A stretch of 64,000 nucleotides of DNA from Promethearchaeota archaeon Loki_b32 (GTDB taxonomy: Archaea > Asgardarchaeota > Lokiarchaeia > Sigyniarchaeales > SOKP01), in the NCBI GenBank assembly GCA_005223125.1, contig NJBH01000011.1, positions 1 through 64,000 of the forward strand, in the 5' to 3' direction. Below are positions 61,076 to 64,000 of the stretch, piece after piece. How positions within the stretch are numbered: the stretch's first letter is position 1; each line of letters starts with the position of its first letter. The translations under genes were made by a program, and so were the position numbers. A model generated the notes under the pieces. The model made no database searches and was not told the DNA's origin. It saw only the letters and a program-made list of their open reading frames with translations.

Positions 61076-62215
61076 ATGGTAGAAAAAGCAATAGAACAAG
61101 CGCAACAACGTTCATCAGATGATATTCTATATATTAAAGCTGATATTCTCAAGAGTTTTATGAAAGATGTTTTTATAAGTCTCAAAGTTCCAGAACAACA
61201 TGCTGAAATTATTGCAGATGTACTTATAACATCAGATTTAGAAGGCATTGACTCTCATGGAATCCAGCGATGTAAAATGTACTATGATCGGATACGAGAG
61301 GGAATTTATAATCCTAAAACAGAGATAGAAATTGTTAATGATAACAAATCTACTGCCGTTATTGATGGAAAATGTGGTATGGGACATGTAATTGCTTATA
61401 AAGCTATGAAATTAGCAATTGAAAAAGCAAAAAAATACGGTCTTGGTGCTGTAGCAGTTCGCAATAGCACTCACTTTGGGATTGCCGGATATTATTCACT
61501 AATGGCAATAAAAGAAGGAATGATAGGTTTTGTTACTACAAATACACGACCATCAGTTCCACCTACATTTGGTGTTGAGCCAATGTTGGGTACAAATCCT
61601 CTAACATACGGAGCACCTACTGATGAGAGTTTTCCTTTTTTATTAGATTGTGCTACATCAATTATTCAAAGAGGTAAAGTGGAGGTTTATAATCGTATTC
61701 ACAAACCACTTCCAAGTGGAGTAATCATTTCTAATAATGGTAATTCTAAAACAGATCCTAATGTAGTTTTAGATAAATTGGTTAAACGTTCTGCTGCATT
61801 ATTGCCTCTAGGAGGCGAAGGTGAGGATACTTCTGGTCATAAAGGATATGGATATGGTACTTTTGCGGAGATCTTATCTTCAGCATTACAAGATGGAGTA
61901 TATCTTAAAGACACTGCAGGGGTCATTGAAGATGGTCAAAAAAAGTTAAAAGTAGGACATTTCTTCTTAGCTATTAATATCCAAAATTTCATTCCAATTG
62001 AGAAATTTCAGAATATATCTGGTAATATCATGCGAGATTTGAGAAGTTCTAAGAAAGCGCCAGGGAAAGAAAAAATCTACACTGCCGGGGAAAAAGAATA
62101 TAATACTGAAGCTGAAAGAAGAAAAAATGGTATTCCGGTAAATAAAAGCATACAAAAAGATATTAAAACTATGCAAAACGAACTGGGATTGAATAATTAT
62201 AATTTTTCATTTTAA
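61076..62215 (+). CDS. Ldh_2 family oxidoreductase, paralogue of 39068..40174
   Basis: Same motifs, with long identical stretches. Confidence 0.92.
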   Translation: MVEKAIEQAQQRSSDDILYIKADILKSFMKDVFISLKVPEQHAEIIADVLITSDLEGIDSHGIQRCKMYYDRIREGIYNPKTEIEIVNDNKSTAVIDGKCGMGHVIAYKAMKLAIEKAKKYGLGAVAVRNSTHFGIAGYYSLMAIKEGMIGFVTTNTRPSVPPTFGVEPMLGTNPLTYGAPTDESFPFLLDCATSIIQRGKVEVYNRIHKPLPSGVIISNNGNSKTDPNVVLDKLVKRSAALLPLGGEGEDTSGHKGYGYGTFAEILSSALQDGVYLKDTAGVIEDGQKKLKVGHFFLAINIQNFIPIEKFQNISGNIMRDLRSSKKAPGKEKIYTAGEKEYNTEAERRKNGIPVNKSIQKDIKTMQNELGLNNYNFSF

Positions 62216-62228
62216 TTTACAGTAGATA

Positions 62229-63668
62229 TCAAAAGAAGATTCCTTTTTTTTGTTCTTCAATTGGCTCAGAATGAAGAAAGATCGTATCTAAATTATCAAT
62301 CCCCAATTTATCTCTTATTTTAGTTTCTAATTCAGAAATATATTCATGAGCTTGTGAAATATTTAATGAACCATCAAAAAATACATGAAGCTCTAAAACA
62401 CAATAATCTAATGTGGCCCAAAATTCTAATTCATGATATCCCTTAACATGAGAATGAGCTCTTAAAACTTCTTCTACATTCTCGCTTATTTGTTGTATCA
62501 TTTCTGGTCCTACATCCGCACATTTTATTTGATCTGGTATAGAAACTTCACTTTGAGTATGACCTTCTATATGTGTGATAACTCTTGATATAAGAGGTGC
62601 TTGTTTTTTTATCTCATCTTCAAAATGAGAGGATAGCTTATGAGCTTCCATAAGTGAAAGCTTTTCATCGACCAACACAACTAAAGAAATAAAGTATTCA
62701 TTTTTAATACGAAAAATGTTAAGATCTTTAAAGTTTATTATTTTTGGGTATTCAGATTTCATTGAGAAAATCAAATTTATTAATCCTTCACCAATTGATT
62801 TTTCACTTGCTATAGGATTCATCTCAACGATACAATCCACTTCATATAGAGGAAAGATCTTTTCATTCATGGTTCTTATGGACTTAATAATTTCATTGGC
62901 ATGGACAATAGAAATATGATCCTCCACAGATAAATGTACCTCTAAAAATAATGATTTACCACTCGTTCGTATTTTTATATCATGTACACCAATAACATGA
63001 TCTAAAACAAAGATTTTTTGCCTTAATTCTTCAATAATTAATAAATTTATAGGATTTGTATCAGTAAGTTCTTTTACTCCTGTTTTGGCTAATTTAAATG
63101 CTCCAAATATAATCCAAATAGATATTATTATACTAAGTACAGGATCGACAAATGATACATTAAAAAAAGCAAATATAAGACTTAATATTACAATAATTGC
63201 TCTCATTGAATCTTGAAACAGATTTAACCCTTGAATCTCCATAGTCAAGCTTTTTTGTTGTTTTCCTTTTGAAATAAGAATTCTTGAGAATACCAAATTA
63301 ACCATAAAGGAGATTATTAATATAATTAAACCAATTTCTGGGTTTACAATTTCATATTTACTTGTCAATATTGCTTGAATAGCGTTGTAAATTAATAAAA
63401 CATAAATATTCATTAGGATGATTCCTTGAATTAGGGCACCTAAAGAATCTGTTTTCTTATGACCATACATATGTTCATAATCCGCAGGTTTTTGACTGTG
63501 ATACAAAGAATATAAAGTTATACAGACGAATAATATATCAGTAAGAGTATCTGCTGTCTCAGAGAGAAAACTTAAACTCCCGGTAATTAAAACACCAATT
63601 ACTTTTAATAAAGACTGAAAAAGCACTACAAAAACAGTTAAAAATCCAAATTTGATTTTAATATCCAT
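62229..63668 (-). CDS. Cation diffusion facilitator transporter with three C-terminal dimerisation domains
   Basis: KPADYEHMYGH and DP motifs; three repeats of an S/N..AH...E helix followed by H.E(P). Confidence 0.88.
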   Translation of the reverse strand: MDIKIKFGFLTVFVVLFQSLLKVIGVLITGSLSFLSETADTLTDILFVCITLYSLYHSQKPADYEHMYGHKKTDSLGALIQGIILMNIYVLLIYNAIQAILTSKYEIVNPEIGLIILIISFMVNLVFSRILISKGKQQKSLTMEIQGLNLFQDSMRAIIVILSLIFAFFNVSFVDPVLSIIISIWIIFGAFKLAKTGVKELTDTNPINLLIIEELRQKIFVLDHVIGVHDIKIRTSGKSLFLEVHLSVEDHISIVHANEIIKSIRTMNEKIFPLYEVDCIVEMNPIASEKSIGEGLINLIFSMKSEYPKIINFKDLNIFRIKNEYFISLVVLVDEKLSLMEAHKLSSHFEDEIKKQAPLISRVITHIEGHTQSEVSIPDQIKCADVGPEMIQQISENVEEVLRAHSHVKGYHELEFWATLDYCVLELHVFFDGSLNISQAHEYISELETKIRDKLGIDNLDTIFLHSEPIEEQKKGIFF

Positions 63669-64000
63669 CTCTCAACAGTTTTTAATGAGTATTGAATTTT
63701 TAATTTATTAGAAATTAATAATAAAAAAGGTTTATAAATAATTATCTTTAACTAAAATCTACTCATCGTAGATATTACATATTGGAAATTTCATGCTTTT
63801 TTTAAGTTTTAAAACAAAAAGTCATTTTATTAAATCAAATAACTAAATAGACATTTATGTTGATAATATTTTAGTATTTTCACTCTTTTTAAAAATTGGA
63901 CTAATGAAGTTATAAATGAAGTATTTATTTTCTATTAATTATACAAATTTCAGCAATTTAAAAGTAAAAGAAAATTATGGTGGATCATAAGAATTCCAAG

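Noticed and set aside
544-62919. Many short ORFs antisense to long genes (e.g. 544, 2792, 5136, 6831, 16192, 22912, 53598, 56327)
   Set aside because: Shadow frames of well-supported opposite-strand genes

Overview
Very AT-rich (roughly 30% GC by eye) archaeal chromosomal window, most consistent with an Asgard archaeon of the Lokiarchaeia. Support: archaeal-type uS10, an archaeal/eukaryotic-type SRP RNA with helix 6, a TFB-like gene, two longin-like proteins, a Bud23-like methyltransferase and GGTGA-type SD motifs. Left part: pepF, guaA, a redox/amino-acid cluster (NAD(P)-type methylene-H4MPT dehydrogenase fusion, NfnA, an FrhB-NfnB fusion, three tandem glutamate dehydrogenases) and two insertion hotspots marked by displaced 3'-end gene fragments. 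Middle part: housekeeping genes, three tandem V4R/MetOD1-like genes and the SRP RNA. A ~21 kb accessory mosaic lies between two Ldh_2 paralogues and holds an orphan MNT, a TFB-like pseudogene, Hef and Ski2-like helicase fragments, an HhH/HerA-like fusion, an IS and a hypervariable beta-propeller. Two signals stand out, and the ORF track shows neither. (1) Two inverted copies (40.3 kb +, 46.8 kb -) of a TATA-preceded small ORF share an identical 22-nt core encoding PGFLSFG, set in a structurally conserved RNA fold with alternative pairings that looks like a leader-peptide attenuator. (2) At least five genes appear to start at ATA/ATT/ATC codons, including rps10 and a 100-aa gene the ORF caller missed entirely. 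All assignments come from reading the sequence by eye; no database searches or folding programs were run.
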